From Haliotis rubra (lineage: Eukaryota), in assembly GCF_003918875.1 (NCBI RefSeq), contig NW_025767408.1:434001-498000 (forward strand): a DNA stretch of 64,000 bases, in the 5' to 3' direction. The notes under the pieces are model-generated. The model searched no databases. It saw only the letters and a list, made by a program, of their open reading frames with translations, and was not told the origin of the DNA. This document shows, piece by piece, positions 1 through 15,363 of this stretch (position 1 is its first letter; each line of letters starts with the position of its first letter). Made by a program: the position numbers and the translations under genes.

Positions 1-109
1 CACTCCAGATAGCCACTATTATGTTTTCATCAACTCAACAATTATAATTAATGTGTTTTCTTACATTCACAGCTTTTAATTCTTAGGAAAGGATGAGAAC
101 AATACATAC

Positions 110-379
110 GATTTTTTCCGGGCAGTTGACTCGAGGATAGTTCAGATCAGTAATTTCACTAATCTGATCAGCTTCATTAAAATCAACATCATCTTTATCA
201 CTCGGCTCTGTGTGAGATCTTCTCCTCAGTTCCTGATGATCTGGAACACTAGCAGGAACTTGTTGAACGGTCGGTTCATTCTCAACTCCGATCGGCTCAT
301 CTTGCAAGACGGATTCCAATCCATAAAGTGGGTTGGGACTTGGAGAAATACTTCTGGTTTGCGCTGGTATTGGATCCAT
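110..379 (-). CDS. BABAM1: BRISC and BRCA1-A complex member 1 (MERIT40/NBA1), first coding exon; gene continues off the left edge
   Basis: Acidic disordered N-terminus followed by PRVNCPEKI, matching the PRVNCPEKV motif that opens the vWA-like domain of BABAM1. ATG at 379; phase-0 donor ATC|GTATGT at 110/109; candidate acceptor TTTCATGTAACAG| at 415/414. Confidence 0.8.
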
Positions 380-399
380 TGTAAATCACCAAGGTAAAA

Positions 400-900
400 A
401 GAACAGCTCTTCTTCTGTTACATGAAATAATTCAAACTGCTGACAAAATGATAATAATGTCATTGGACATTGTATTGTCAGTGAATGTCCACTGCTTCTG
501 AAATCTTAACAAAACACCCTCTCTAAGTTGTTGAAGCTGTCATTAATTAAAATCACTTTGTGAGTTACCTCCCTTGGAATTTACCTGTAATCTCGAACAG
601 AAGTTTAATCGCTTCAAAGCTGTGAATGAAGCGCATTTGTTCCGATATAAATATGTTGATAATCTAAATAAATATTATCAATGCGATAATGATCTCTTTC
701 TTGATATGTTTTGTGCAAGAGAGTTTTCATTACATTCCATTTCGGTTCGAGGTTCAAGGCTGTACAAGAAAAATGGTTTCCTGACCTGGCATTCTCTGGT
801 ACACACTGTACGCACTTTGAATCTTGTTTTACACAGGTTTATTTCTAAAGCGTCTGCAATTCTTAATGGTTTACGGTTTCATTAAATATATCTTCTATAG
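400..900. promoter_or_regulatory. Probable bidirectional promoter / non-coding first exons of BABAM1 and TMEM259
   Basis: Lies between divergent genes whose first coding exons both have splice acceptors. Local CpG cluster ~590-860. Minus-strand donor-like sites at 568 and 584; plus-strand donor-like sites at 560 and 837. Confidence 0.45.
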
Positions 901-1227
901 ACAAATGTTGCCTTATGTGACAGATACTTTACCAGAATATCGCTTGGCTTTTGGCAGGTTTACATCATTTTCGTACATGTTGACATCAGATTTATGACAT
1001 GTTAGATAATAGCATAACTGTTGAAGAGTGGCTCATTCTGGTTATATCTACAACCAAGCAAAACTTCAGTGATACTTTGCTATTACACTCGCCTCTTAAT
1101 TATGTTTTGAATGGGGTATGTGTGTGTACGTAAATCAAGTTAAATATTGATCAAGTCTATCATTTTGTGTGTTTAACCCACATCAGTAACTTGTTATGAT
1201 GTGCATGAGTCATTGGCATGCTGATGG

Positions 1228-1310
1228 CACAGGAACCCGTTATCGGCATGTAGGTTAAACATAGACCATAGATCTACACGCAAGTCACATATATAAATAG
1301 GGTTCCTGTG
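1228..1310. mobile_element. 83-bp MITE, hAT/P-type
   Basis: 11-bp TIR CACAGGAACCC...GGGTTCCTGTG and perfect 8-bp TSD GCTGATGG (1220-1227, 1311-1318). Confidence 0.8.
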
Positions 1311-1711
1311 GCTGATGGTCACATACTTTCCTATTTCACATCCTTTATCTTACATAACATGGTTTTCAGAGTATCATTTATCATTTATTCCAATACATTA
1401 TTGGAATGCCATATGCTTTTCACTCGAACTAAGATTGTATTGTTTAGAAATTAATATCTGTCAATAGAATGTGATGACTTGACTAAACAGTGCTAAATGT
1501 GTCAATAGTGTTGACACAAGGTGATATTTTGTAGGTTGTCAGTTTTGTCCCAGTGTTAGTCCATTGCAGTTCTTGAGCTCATGCTTGCATCTGCAAAGAT
1601 GTGGCTGCTTCGTTATGTTGCATGCCCAAATTCTTCAGGATGGATGCTGTTGGATAGCGGCAAAAGAACACTAAAATTGAAATGGCTGGAATGTATGGTC
1701 GAAATCTTCTT

Positions 1712-1847
1712 GGAAAGAGTTCCTTCCGTTCCCCAACCCTAAACCTAACTCTAAACCTAACCCTTACTTAAATTTTGGATAATTTTAGTATATTTTAGTA
1801 TATTTATAAGTATTATTTGGGATGGGGAAATGGGAGGAACTCTTACC
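1712..1847. mobile_element. Short MITE with GG termini (possibly Merlin-like), internal CCTAAC-type repeats
   Basis: Imperfect TIRs GGAAAGAGTTCCTTCC / GGGAGGAACTCTTACC; 8-bp TSD ATCTTCTT/ATCTTCTC (one mismatch). Confidence 0.6.
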
Positions 1848-2160
1848 ATCTTCTCTCCTATAGAAACCAAGAGCTTTGCTTGTGTTGATGTTGACTGTTT
1901 GGTGCACCAAAAACACAAAACATTTCTATCTCAACAATGTTATGCTTTTCAACAGATAACTTTACATTCAAACTGTTCTTTCAGCTCCCATGGGAGTACA
2001 GCTTTTCACAGCTTTTGGACAGTATGATTACATGCAATCACATTGTACAAGTGGTGTTAAACCAAGTTCACTCGTTTACTCACACATTTGTCTTGTTTTG
2101 AAGGGTAATGGGGAGCTAAACAACTACAACAAACACAAGTAGTCTCCATAGTCACTGATA

Positions 2161-2373
2161 ATGAACAACGCCGACCAGGAAAACAACAATATCAACAATG
2201 ATGCCAACAGGAGACGCAACAGTAACGGAGCTGGTGGGCGGGGTCAGCCCAACCCCATCCTACATGTCCGAGACAGGCTGTTCCATGCCTTATTCTACAG
2301 AATAGCAATAACATATGCCAGGGCCTTTCCCCGCCCTGTCAGACGTGTGCTAGAGTGTGCCATTTTGCTGAAG
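2161..2373 (+). CDS. TMEM259: Membralin, coding exon 1
   Basis: NPILHVRDRLFHALFYRIAITYARAFPRPVRRVLECAILLK is the conserved membralin N-terminus; acceptor at 2103/2104, donor AAG|GTGGGT, phase 0. Confidence 0.93.
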
Positions 2374-2986
2374 GTGGGTAACATTTCATGAAATTAGTGC
2401 AAATCTATGGACCAACACCATCTCAGACGTTAAGTTAGTGGGCATGTTAAACTGAGAAACTCTTTCATGTATTTTACCTCATTTACCTACGATAGTGATC
2501 CTGTTTCTGACATTTTGACATTTTGTAAGTGCTCTCTTGTCATAAAAGAATCATTTTGGACATAATCATCAGTACCAGAGATACTGATGCTTGTCAATCA
2601 TCTCTTGCTCTGTGAGTATTCATGGGCAAAAGTGATTTCCAATAGGGAAACAATAGCTGCAGACAAGATGGCCATTTCTGTAGAACCTTTACCCTTTTTA
2701 TATTCAAAGGTAAATCTTTTTTCAGATCTTTATTTCATAAGTTAACTAAGAGTACTTAAGTGTTTAAGGTCATAGGTACATAGGCAGTTGTTTAGCTACA
2801 TGATTAATGATTGTAAAGAGGGGCATGGTGCTTGTTGAAAGCCCAAGATTTTACAGTATGGTTTTGCATCCCTTGGACATGCAAGAAACCAATAATTGTG
2901 GGTTTGCAATAGGCATTCAATCTAATAATATTTATTTTACCTTGCCCTGATTCATACTAGTCACTATAGCGTATGAGTCAAGATAA

Positions 2987-3562
<576 letters not shown>

Positions 3563-3639
3563 TAGCAATATTTTTACAGTTAATTGTAAGGGAATTACAG
3601 GTAACCCTGGAATAGAAGTCTGATTGTCTCTATTCAGAG

Positions 3640-3906
3640 GACCCCTGAAGATCCGGGGTAGAATAGGTCTTCAGCAACCCATGTTTGCCACAAAAGGCGA
3701 CTATGCTTGTCGTAATAGGCGACTAAAGGGATCGGATGGTCAGGCTCGCTGACTTGGTTGACACATGTCATCTGTTCCCAATGGCGCAGATCGATGCTCA
3801 TTATGTTGATCACTGGATTGTCTGGTCCAGACTCGATTATTTACAGACCGCCGCCATATAGCTGGAATATTGCTGAGTGTGGCGTAAAACTAAACTCACT
3901 CACTCA
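3640..3906 (+). mobile_element. SINE family B (V-SINE/RUDI-like core), (CACT)n tail
   Basis: Core ATGCTTGTCGTAA.AGGCGACTAA (here tandemly duplicated), shared tail GCTGGAATATTGCTGAGTG.GGCGTAAAAC, TSD CTCTATTC(A/G)GAG. A decayed second copy follows at ~3945-4135. Confidence 0.85.
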
Positions 3907-4123
3907 CTCTATTCGGAGTTATGATTACAATATGTCCCTAGCCACCTATGCTTGTCACAAGAAGGCAACCAAATGGACCGAGTCTCATGCTCAGCAACTT
4001 CGTTAATTCTTGTCATTGTACCCTGATGCTGCTCATGACATTAGCCATTGGTTTGTCTGGTATGGTTCAGTTATTTAACGGTCATCATCATAAACTTGAA
4101 ATAATGCTGAGTACTATCTTTGA

Positions 4124-4390
<267 letters not shown>

Positions 4391-4895
4391 TAGTACTGGA
4401 TGCATTGCATATTCCGTCATATTCTTCTCAGTTAGTCAATTGTAAGAATGTTTATAAGCTGCTGCTGTAAATCCTTTTAACTAGTGCTCAGTTTGAGCAG
4501 TTGTTGAGTTCTTGGAAACACCTAGATCAGTTTTTTAATTCTATTTATGTTTTTTAATGGAAAATCAAAAACTTCTCTGACTTTTTATTTTTGCTGAATG
4601 TTGAATGTTTGCTTAAGTCTATGTAATGCTGTGTGTTTAGTGAACATGTTTGATAATGTTGTATGATTGATTGATGCTTTGGGCCTAATAGGTGTGTTTT
4701 TTTCCCTATATTATGGTGAATATATTTTCCTATTGTGTAGACAAATATGAGCATGTCTGTGATTCTTTATCCTTGTCTGATTCTGTGTTTCCACTGGTGT
4801 CTCTATTATATATGTGTGTGTCTGTGTGATGGAGTCTGTGTATAGCAGATTAAGGCTGTGTGAGACTGTGTTTGATTTTGTCAAATTGAGTTTGA

Positions 4896-5111
<216 letters not shown>

Positions 5112-5437
5112 TGATGTAGCTTCAGGATAAACACACTAAAAATATGTCTCTCTGACTTTAGTGAATAGTGGGATAGCTAAGTGGTCAAAGTGCATGCCCA
5201 TAAGGGCCAGGTTTTATTCCCCACAAGGTTGCAGTGTGCCCATCCTAGCTATAAATATGTTTAAAGCTGCATGGAACAGTACACAGTAGCCCTTCAGTGA
5301 TAAGGAACAAAGTAATGATATGACAATATTGCCTTGCAATGGCTATAAGTGGCATTCTTTGATCTGTAATATCAGTGAAGACAGTTGAAAATGGATTTCA
5401 AATCCTTTAGTCTTTCCGTGTGACATTTTGAAACATA

Positions 5438-5968
5438 CAGTCAAATCCCGATGAGTCGAATCGCTGGGGACCAAGTAATAAATTCGACTTATCCATGTAT
5501 TCGAGACATAGGTATGTCTATGAGGGTAGAAAAAAGATGATCCAGTCCTAATTCCTCCGCCTAAGCATTTGTTTATCTAATGATTTCCATATCACTAATA
5601 GGGGCGTCTTATCAGTTCCAGTCTGATTAGCACAGACAATGATTTCCGTAAAATCACTAATCTGCCTTTTGAACTCACCCTTCAATGGCGGAAAGGTGTG
5701 AGCCGAGCTGGTTTGTTAATTGGATCAGTTTGCTACACCAATCAACTTCTCATTGACTGACTTCGGCTTATGTATACAAGATTGCTGTTGTTTGAATCTC
5801 ATGGGACCAAATTTCCTTTTCGAGTCATCGTGTGTATTTATGAGACGAATTCGTGTAACCGGAAATCAAATGATGACAACTATAACAGGGAATGGTCGGG
5901 ACCGACAGGTACTTCGAGTTATGCATAATATTCGAGACACCGGCATTCGACTCATCGGGATTTGACTG
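5438..5968. mobile_element. Tc1/mariner (pogo/Tigger-like) MITE
   Basis: Perfect 24-bp TIR CAGTCAAATCCCGATGAGTCGAAT, TA on both sides, no transposase ORF. Confidence 0.88.
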
Positions 5969-6040
5969 TATGTACTAGCATTTGTAACAGTATGTTGCAT
6001 TTGGAAGAATCAGGAATTTGAATCTGTCCCCAGTAATTGA

Positions 6041-6202
<162 letters not shown>

Positions 6203-6272
6203 TGACCACAACAAAATTTGGAAGAAGTGTCAAGCAGTTTTAAGTCAATGTTTTATTTTTATCTTTCTGCTC

Positions 6273-6437
6273 TCAGCGGTTGGGTAGCCTGGTGGTTAAA
6301 GCGTCGGCTCGTCACACCGAAGGCCCGGGTTCAATTCCCCACATGGGTACAATGTGCAAAGCCCATTTCTGGTGTCCCCGCTGTGATATTGGCGGATTAT
6401 TGCTAAAAGCGGCGTAAAACCAAACTCACTCACTCAC
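6273..6437 (+). mobile_element. SINE family A (tRNA-derived head)
   Basis: A box TAGCCTGGTGG, B box GGTTCAATTCC, (CACT)n tail, 11-bp TSD TCTTTCTGCTC. Confidence 0.88.
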
Positions 6438-6598
6438 TCTTTCTGCTCATCTTTGCATCCATTAGCACTGAACTCGTCAAAACTATCCAATATGAGATTC
6501 CTGACACATATGCTACATGTCCTTGGCTACAAGTCAAGTGTAGTTTCATTTAAAGTGTGTGTAGATAAATCCATTCAGTACTTTGATCTTTCTTTCAG

Positions 6599-6656
6599 AC
6601 TGTGTCGGTGTCAACACTGTTGAGGTATTCTCACCACCAGATCTTCCTCTTCATAG
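6599..6656 (+). CDS. TMEM259: Membralin, coding exon 6
   Basis: TVSVSTLLRYSHHQIFLFI; TTTCAG| and G|GTAAGT. Confidence 0.92.
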
Positions 6657-6789
6657 GTAAGTAACAAATAATACAGTTGAAGCGAATTGTTCCAGGTTGG
6701 CATCATATAAATATTAGTCTTCTCATGAGATACGTTTCAACAGTGTCATGTACTGGAACAAGGAAAACATCTTATGCCAAGGTTCTTGA

Positions 6790-6957
<168 letters not shown>

Positions 6958-7117
6958 TAGCAGATATTTGAAATTTAAGGAAACCCAGTCTTTGTATTCT
7001 TCCAGTGTATATCCATTTTTTTAAATGTTTCTAATTTCCATAAATCAAATGTGAATTTATCTTTATAACATATTTGAAGATTCACAAAATCAGAGAACAT
7101 TTGATTCAGAGCGTTGA

Positions 7118-7315
<198 letters not shown>

Positions 7316-7517
7316 TAACCGCCCCTGTGGTAGAGCACTGTGTAGGCTAGGTATGGTCCTTATCGTCACCAGTGCTGTGATGGCATTATGGTGAGAAAAT
7401 GTTTGGCCTTGTAGCCAGCGACCAAGTGGTTAACTATGTGAACTTCTTGTCATGCAGTATAATAGATGATCTAATGTCCTGTTCTACAGTAAGTAAATGT
7501 AAAATCTCCAAATCTTC

Positions 7518-7555
7518 ATGATCATCATCATCATCATCATGATCATCATCATCAT
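7518..7555 (+). repeat. (ATC)n microsatellite
   Basis: Direct reading; source of the spurious poly-Asp ORF 7434-7625. Confidence 0.85.
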
Positions 7556-7878
7556 GTTCTGCAGCCCCAGTTGATGTTGTCTTATTCTTGAGATAGCTTT
7601 GAGGATTGGCGTGTTTCTCAACCAATCTGTCAATATTCAGAATTTAATGATTCGGACATATGCTACTTGTCCGAACTATGCTACTTCTGTGGACTGTATT
7701 GCTGAAATAGAAAACGGAGTTCAATTTTAAGATGTTTGGTTGTCAGCAATGAAGTTAAATGTGAAGCATTAGTGTTATTGCTCCTGTCAGTAGTGTATTG
7801 TGTCCTTTGTAGTGTCGTCTATACAGATAACTACCACACGTGCTACATTGTCATTGCTTTCACAATCAGTTTGTTTAG

Positions 7879-8055
<177 letters not shown>

Positions 8056-8510
8056 TAGTCAATAAGACTTTCACTTGTGTCATATTTGATGTTCTCATGG
8101 GATGTAAGCACAAAACATTGATTAACAATCTCTGGAAACTTTACAATGAGTTGGTTGGGATGTAATCAGTTTGAATATTGCTGTAATACTAATTACCATC
8201 ACACATCCTATGAAATGCCTTTGGTGGATGTGTTAATAAATAGGTACATCTTGAGTCTGTTTAACAACAGGCCTACTTGATCCTGTGTTTGTAGGGAAGG
8301 TTGATGATCGCCAGTTCTTGGTGTAGAATTGTCTGAATATGAATCATGCTCCGTTCAAATCCCAAATTCAAGTAGATGGTCCTTGTTTCAGTGGTAAACA
8401 CTGAGGACTGCATGTGTTGCCCAATATATGCAGATATGGTGTGATGAATAATCTTCAGAGTAATTTTAAAACCCACTTTACTGCATCACTTTGTTTTCTG
8501 CTGTTATAGC

Positions 8511-8922
8511 TAGTGGTGTTCCGATGATCGAAAATAATCGAAAATGGATCGAAAGAAGGATTAAAAATGATTATCGATTGTAAAAAAAATAATTTTTGAT
8601 TGATCAATTGAAGTAAACTAACCATTAACTTTGATGAATATTCATGAACAAATATGCACTCAACAGCATAAAGCTATGTGCATTATAAAACTTGAACCAC
8701 TTTTATTGTAGAATTACAATTCCAGTGTCTTTCTTGCATGCGTGCATTTCATTGCATGACAGTATTAGTTATAAAAAACATTAATTGGAAAAAATCTGGG
8801 GAAAAACCCTTAAAATTGCTAAATTACATTAAAAATGTAAACATTTCGATTATAATCGATAATCATTCACCACAAATCCTCCGATAATCGATAGTGGATT
8901 TGGTTTCAGATTCCCAACACTA
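8511..8922. mobile_element. hAT-type MITE
   Basis: TAGTG...CACTA termini, subterminal (A)ATCG(A) repeats, perfect 8-bp TSD GTTATAGC (8503-8510, 8923-8930). Confidence 0.8.
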
Positions 8923-8961
8923 GTTATAGCTAACATTATGTTTTCCAGTTAACCCTGTTGA

Positions 8962-10074
<1,113 letters not shown>

Positions 10075-12044
10075 TAGTGTGGCAACATGGATTTTCACTT
10101 TTTGTTAGGAGAAATCTGCATCAAAATTTAAGGAAAGGAGATGATTTTCTTTATGCTTGGTTTCGGAGGTGCTTACCTGCTAAAGTAAATTTACAGTGGG
10201 AAAAAATGATTATCTGAAAAGTGTTTATCCTCTTCTGCCAGATGTAAACTTAAGTGACCATGGTGGTGAACTCAAATTAGTTTGCTTCAAGAAGACCAGG
10301 TGCCACCTACACGAAGCTAGCTTAGTACTAAGGACATTACAACACCCACTTAAAAGATAAGACTTACAAAAGCCTTAGTGCCATTATTGTTTTATACATA
10401 TGGTCCTGAATATGAGCAAACCCTGCACACATGGCAATATTCAGATTATTAAAGACTCCTTCCCCCCAATATGAAAGGGCAAATTAAAAACCATTTTTGT
10501 TGTGTTTTTTTCTTTTCACAAGGATTTTTTTGCATAAACCAAGATGTAAAATGTCTGACCTAATAAGTAATATTAAGTACGGTATATTTCTAAATGTGTG
10601 CTTTAGCATCTACTTTACTGTATATCAGAGATAACTATTTATTGAGAGATCTTTATCATATATGATGTGTATAAGACGGAATGGATGCAGTTATTGAATA
10701 TGGTTTGCGATTTATGACCTTTTATTTAAGACCAAAATCGTATCCAGGTTGGTCTGCTGGCCATGTTAGTAAACTGACTTCGTCATGGTCATGGAAACAG
10801 ATGTGATATTGGAAGATTTTGTGCATGCCAATTTTATGTAAAAAAAACAGTCTGAGCAAATGTTTCATAGAAATGATATTTATGTATGTATCATAATAAT
10901 TAATCCCTGTCTTTTCATAAATCATTTTCATAAGCTTGTGATGTTAACTGTAGAGGTTATTCTTAGAAGGACACTTTGAGTTGGAAAGAAATAAGACTTT
11001 GTTATACTCCTGGACGAGATTAGGATGGGTGGGGACAGGTTATATGGCGGATGCAGAGAACACAGCTCAGCATAGGTATCGCATGGGATGAAGAAATAAA
11101 GTGGGGGAAAAGATTTATGAATTATTTTCTTCAGTACCTGAGAATCTTCTGTTGATATCATTACTTCAAGGGTATTTTTTGTGATTACAGTGTACTTGTA
11201 TCATTTCGTCTACCAGAACATTAAATACATTCTCATCCCTGAATAATGCTTGTTTGGAGGCAAAGCAAAGGTTCTCAAAAAACCTTCTTTTGTCTTTCCT
11301 GAATCTGTTTCCAGCCATGAAAAATCGTTTGGACTGCATGTGAACCGAGGAGCCAGTCAGTTGCCTGAACACAAGCAATTTGTTTTTTTGTGTATTAGTA
11401 TATAAGGCAGTACTACGTTTCAGAACATACAGCTAATTCAGTGTAGAATGATAAGATTGGTTAACCTGTTCACCTGTACAAAAGTTGAGATGGTGTTTGA
11501 GTTATACATGTGAACGGTAGCTTTCATCTGCTGTCTTGATGATAAAATAGGTGGGAATTACACAACAGCTAGTCTTCTCTCTCCAAAATAATTGTGACTA
11601 TGGGATGGTATTACCTCCAGGCATATATGATTACTCGTAACTTTGCTGATCAATCTCAAAACCCAGATCTGTCTCCCATGTGGTACCTGTATGTGTGAAG
11701 AACTGAAAATGCCTACATGCGTTGTATCAGGTGAAATTTCTAATCAGCCTATAAACAAACCATTGAGAAAGAGTGAGCAAGGCTTTCACACAAAAAAATC
11801 TGAGTAGTGTATTTTGAAAACAAGGATGTTCTGACAGCAAACAAATATGTAGCACTATTGGTTATGCTGTATTTATACTGTTGTTTCTAATAATCTTGGC
11901 ATCAGCACCCAAACAGGTGATTATCAAAACCATGTTTGTTTCCAGTGACATTTTATTGTCTCAAGAACCCATGTGTCCTTAATTTTGAGTGGGTGGTCAG
12001 GGTTCACCTGATGCAAGCAAGCTTCTGTGGTTTTGAATACTCAA

Positions 12045-12207
12045 AAGAAGGGGTGGGGTAGTCTAGTTGTTAAAGCATTCGCTCGTCATGCCAAACACTC
12101 AGAATCTATTCCCAACATTGGTACAATGTGCAAAGCCCATTTCTGGTGTCCCCTGCCGTGATGTTGATGGAATATTTGTAAAAGCTGTGTAAAACCAAAC
12201 TCACTCA
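12045..12207 (+). mobile_element. SINE family A
   Basis: Homologous to 6273-6437; TSD TTTGAATAC(T/A)CAA. Confidence 0.85.
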
Positions 12208-14840
12208 TTTGAATACACAATGCCATTTAGAAAGTGATCAAATGAAACATGTTATATTTTGCTGGATGGGACTCAACCCAACAAAAAGTGCTAGAATCTG
12301 TACTTAACAGAGAAAGTATATATAACATGGGTTACTTCTGTGGTTTTGACAGATCTTACTGCAGAGGTAGATTTTGTTTATTAGTAAGGTGTGAATAAAA
12401 GATCTTTTTGCTGCCCAGGTGGCTAGTTTGTCTGTAAACAACCTCACATCTTGCAGCCAATATCATATTGACCAGGATCCATATCGTGCTTGGGTAAAAT
12501 TTTCCAAGATTTCAGCTTGCTCTAGTCCAGTTCCTGTTTAACACCGTTCTCCTATGAAACGGCCCAGTGTAAAGTAATCTTGGTGCTCATCTTCAGACAG
12601 GAATGGCATCAGTTGTAGTGGGAGATATCTCTGAAACACAGGTTATACAAAGAGAATTGTTGAAATTGTAATCCCAAGATGGAATTTGTTATATAATTTC
12701 ACAGGGAACGTTTTGGACAATCATTAATGTATATCAATTATCTTTATTATTGACCTGAATTATTTAAGATGTGAAGTATGATGATATTTTGTCAACTGGG
12801 AAGTGTATGTTAACACTTTACTTGCTCAATTCAATTCTAGGATGTGTGTCAGTTACTGAATCAAATACTAATACTAAAACAGTTGTGCTATGCACAGTGC
12901 TTCATTGTAAATATCCATATGCCCCAGACTATTTCTGTTAAGAAAAGTGCACATATTAGACTTGTAATGTTGGACAATATTGCCAAAACACACAGGATTC
13001 AGGAATTATAACGGTTAAATTTAAATTTCTATAATTTCCGGCTCTATCGGTCATTATTATTTGAATAGAATCAGCTGGTTTTGTCAGAGTTTCATGACTG
13101 ATATTAATTCCAAATTTATTTGAATGAGCCTCAGTTTGTTCACAAACCCAGCATAAGGAGTTGTTATTGCCAAAGTGTCTTTCATTGAAGTAACGTAAGT
13201 TCCAGAGTTAGACAGTTAGATCCTTGTTTCATGTATCACTTGTTTGTTTCATATACTGCAACGGTATCTGGATATATATGTCATTGATCGGGTTTGACTG
13301 ATATATTACTAGAAGCAGGATTTTGTGAATGTTGATCATCTGTGATTTATGTGTGTGTAATCTTTTGAATCATAATGTTCCATAATGGTGTAAAGCCATG
13401 TCATTTGTATATATCTGATTGCAAGATGCCAGTCCACAGTGGAGACAGGTGTGTAGAATTCAGTGCTCTGTTGTAACTTCTAGTCCAAAGAGTCAGCTTC
13501 AGAGTTTGAATGTCCTAATGGTCAAGGTAGCCCTGACTGGTCAGGGAATTCCATCCTACCTGGAGAGCCTGGATTTCAGTTAAATAACTTCAGACCATGG
13601 AGGCTGTGCTAAGTTACTTTTGTCAGAGGGGTACACAAAGGATTAGTTAGCTGACTTTGTATGCTGACAGAGTTTGTGTTCGTATCTCGGATGAGACTCA
13701 ACCTCAAGAGTACTGGAACCTATACTGAAGTGAAATCCCAAATATAACGTTACGGCATTGTGTGTATTCAAATAGTCAGTTGGTCAAAAGAGACTGTTCC
13801 AGCTGAGGAATGACCTAATAATGGAGGAATTCCATATTTCAAGGTTGCTGGTCAAAGATGTTTCTGCAAATCCATCCCTCCCTGTCTCCGTACCATACAT
13901 AACTGAAACATGTTGATACAGATTAAACAGTATTCATTTACTAGACTTGCAGGTTCTCCTAGTTATATTGCCTGATTTAGCAAGATATTGGTATCTGCAA
14001 ATTTAATATTGTGGAAAAGATCCTTTTCTAAATCAGACAGGTCACAGTTGAAATGCCACGTTGAGCAGCTATTGTAATGAGGGTGTTGGGCAATACTAGC
14101 CTCCACTGTCCAAGATTCTCACTAACAGTATTATGGATACAATTTGAACTGATAATTATCTTCAACATTACAACAAATATTTGTCACGATGCCAGTCTAA
14201 TGTACATATGGTTTGTTCTGTTTTACTGTGGACTGGCAGAGTCTTGACTGCAAGGTCAGGTTGAGGTGTGCAAGGTCGGTGATTGTGTCATGCACGTTTA
14301 GTTTGTGTTGATGGGTGCTTGCCGAGTTGTTCATTACGATGTACATTTCATTCCTACTGATACTAACCATATGTGTCAAGGAATTTTCTTATTTGTATTC
14401 ACTGATTCTTTACTAATGTTAATCTTCAAATACTCTCAAAACAATCTATCTTGATTTTTAGTCATGGAAATGTTTCTATCTAAACAAGGCATTATTATGA
14501 TTTCAAAAGTGGTGGTTGCTTCCCAAGGAGAAAGACAGGCTACCAAACAATGTCATCTGTGTCTGTCTTTTAATGTGACCAGTTACGTTCAGTTGAAATT
14601 CAGGATACTGATAGATGAAACTCAACAGAGCAGCTCTCATGCAATTGTCAGTGGTCCCCTCCTCCAGTGATTTGTAGTCATTCCTCAGATCCTGCTGCCT
14701 CCCTCAGCGTGCTCATGTTGGGCTGCTCTGTGTGTTTGTTGTTTAGTTAACAGGTCATGACAACCACGGAAAACCCTCTCCAGGAGAAACTTTGCTGGTC
14801 TATGCTATTCATGTAAATAACTGGCAGGGTGATTGACTGA

Positions 14841-14846
14841 AATAAA
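14841..14846 (+). terminator. Candidate distal poly(A) signal of TMEM259
   Basis: AATAAA followed by a GT/T-rich tract at ~14865-14890; other AATAAA hexamers occur upstream (e.g. ~12394). Confidence 0.3.
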
Positions 14847-15357
14847 CCGTATATGAGACAGTGATGTTAGTTCTAGTTGCTTTTTGTTTACGAGATACCA
14901 TGGAACATTGACTGGACATTCAACGACTATGAGACTGAAATGAAGCTGATTGCCTTGATGGAAGATACAGGCTAGTATAGACTTGGTTCCAGTTTTCAAG
15001 GATTCCAACTGCTTCATGCTTGTAGGAGGAATGTGGACTGAGTGATCAGGCTCGGTGATATGGTTGATGGTCTGTCAAGACTTCAATCTCCTGGGCCCAC
15101 CTGCACAAAAGATCTCACCACTGTCATTATCATAACTCGGACAGACCATACTGTGGCGAAGACTGAAGATGGCTGTAGTGCTAACATCACTTTTGCAAGT
15201 CGCCAGGATCGTGTATGATGTTCATGCCTTCAGCCACTGGTTTCTGGTCCAGGTTCAAGTATTTCCAAGCTGCCACGATGTGGGTAACATGTTACCGACA
15301 TCAGTGGAGTATAAATTCAGCTTGTATAAACAACAAACATGGTTCAATTTCATACAT

Positions 15358-15363
15358 TTTTAT
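15358..15363 (-). terminator. Candidate poly(A) signal of the hillarin-like gene
   Basis: TTTATT on plus (AATAAA on minus) 2.6 kb downstream of the stop codon. Confidence 0.3.

Noticed and set aside
574-885. 103-aa plus-strand ORF between BABAM1 and membralin
   Set aside because: Non-ATG start, no recognisable homology, and it lies in the probable promoter/5' UTR region.
1733-1765. Telomere-like CCTAAC repeats
   Set aside because: Short, degenerate and internal to a TIR element; not an interstitial telomere array.
6273-6345. tRNA-like sequences with A and B boxes (also in the other family A copies)
   Set aside because: They continue into a shared SINE body, a microsatellite tail and TSDs, so they are SINE heads and not tRNA genes.
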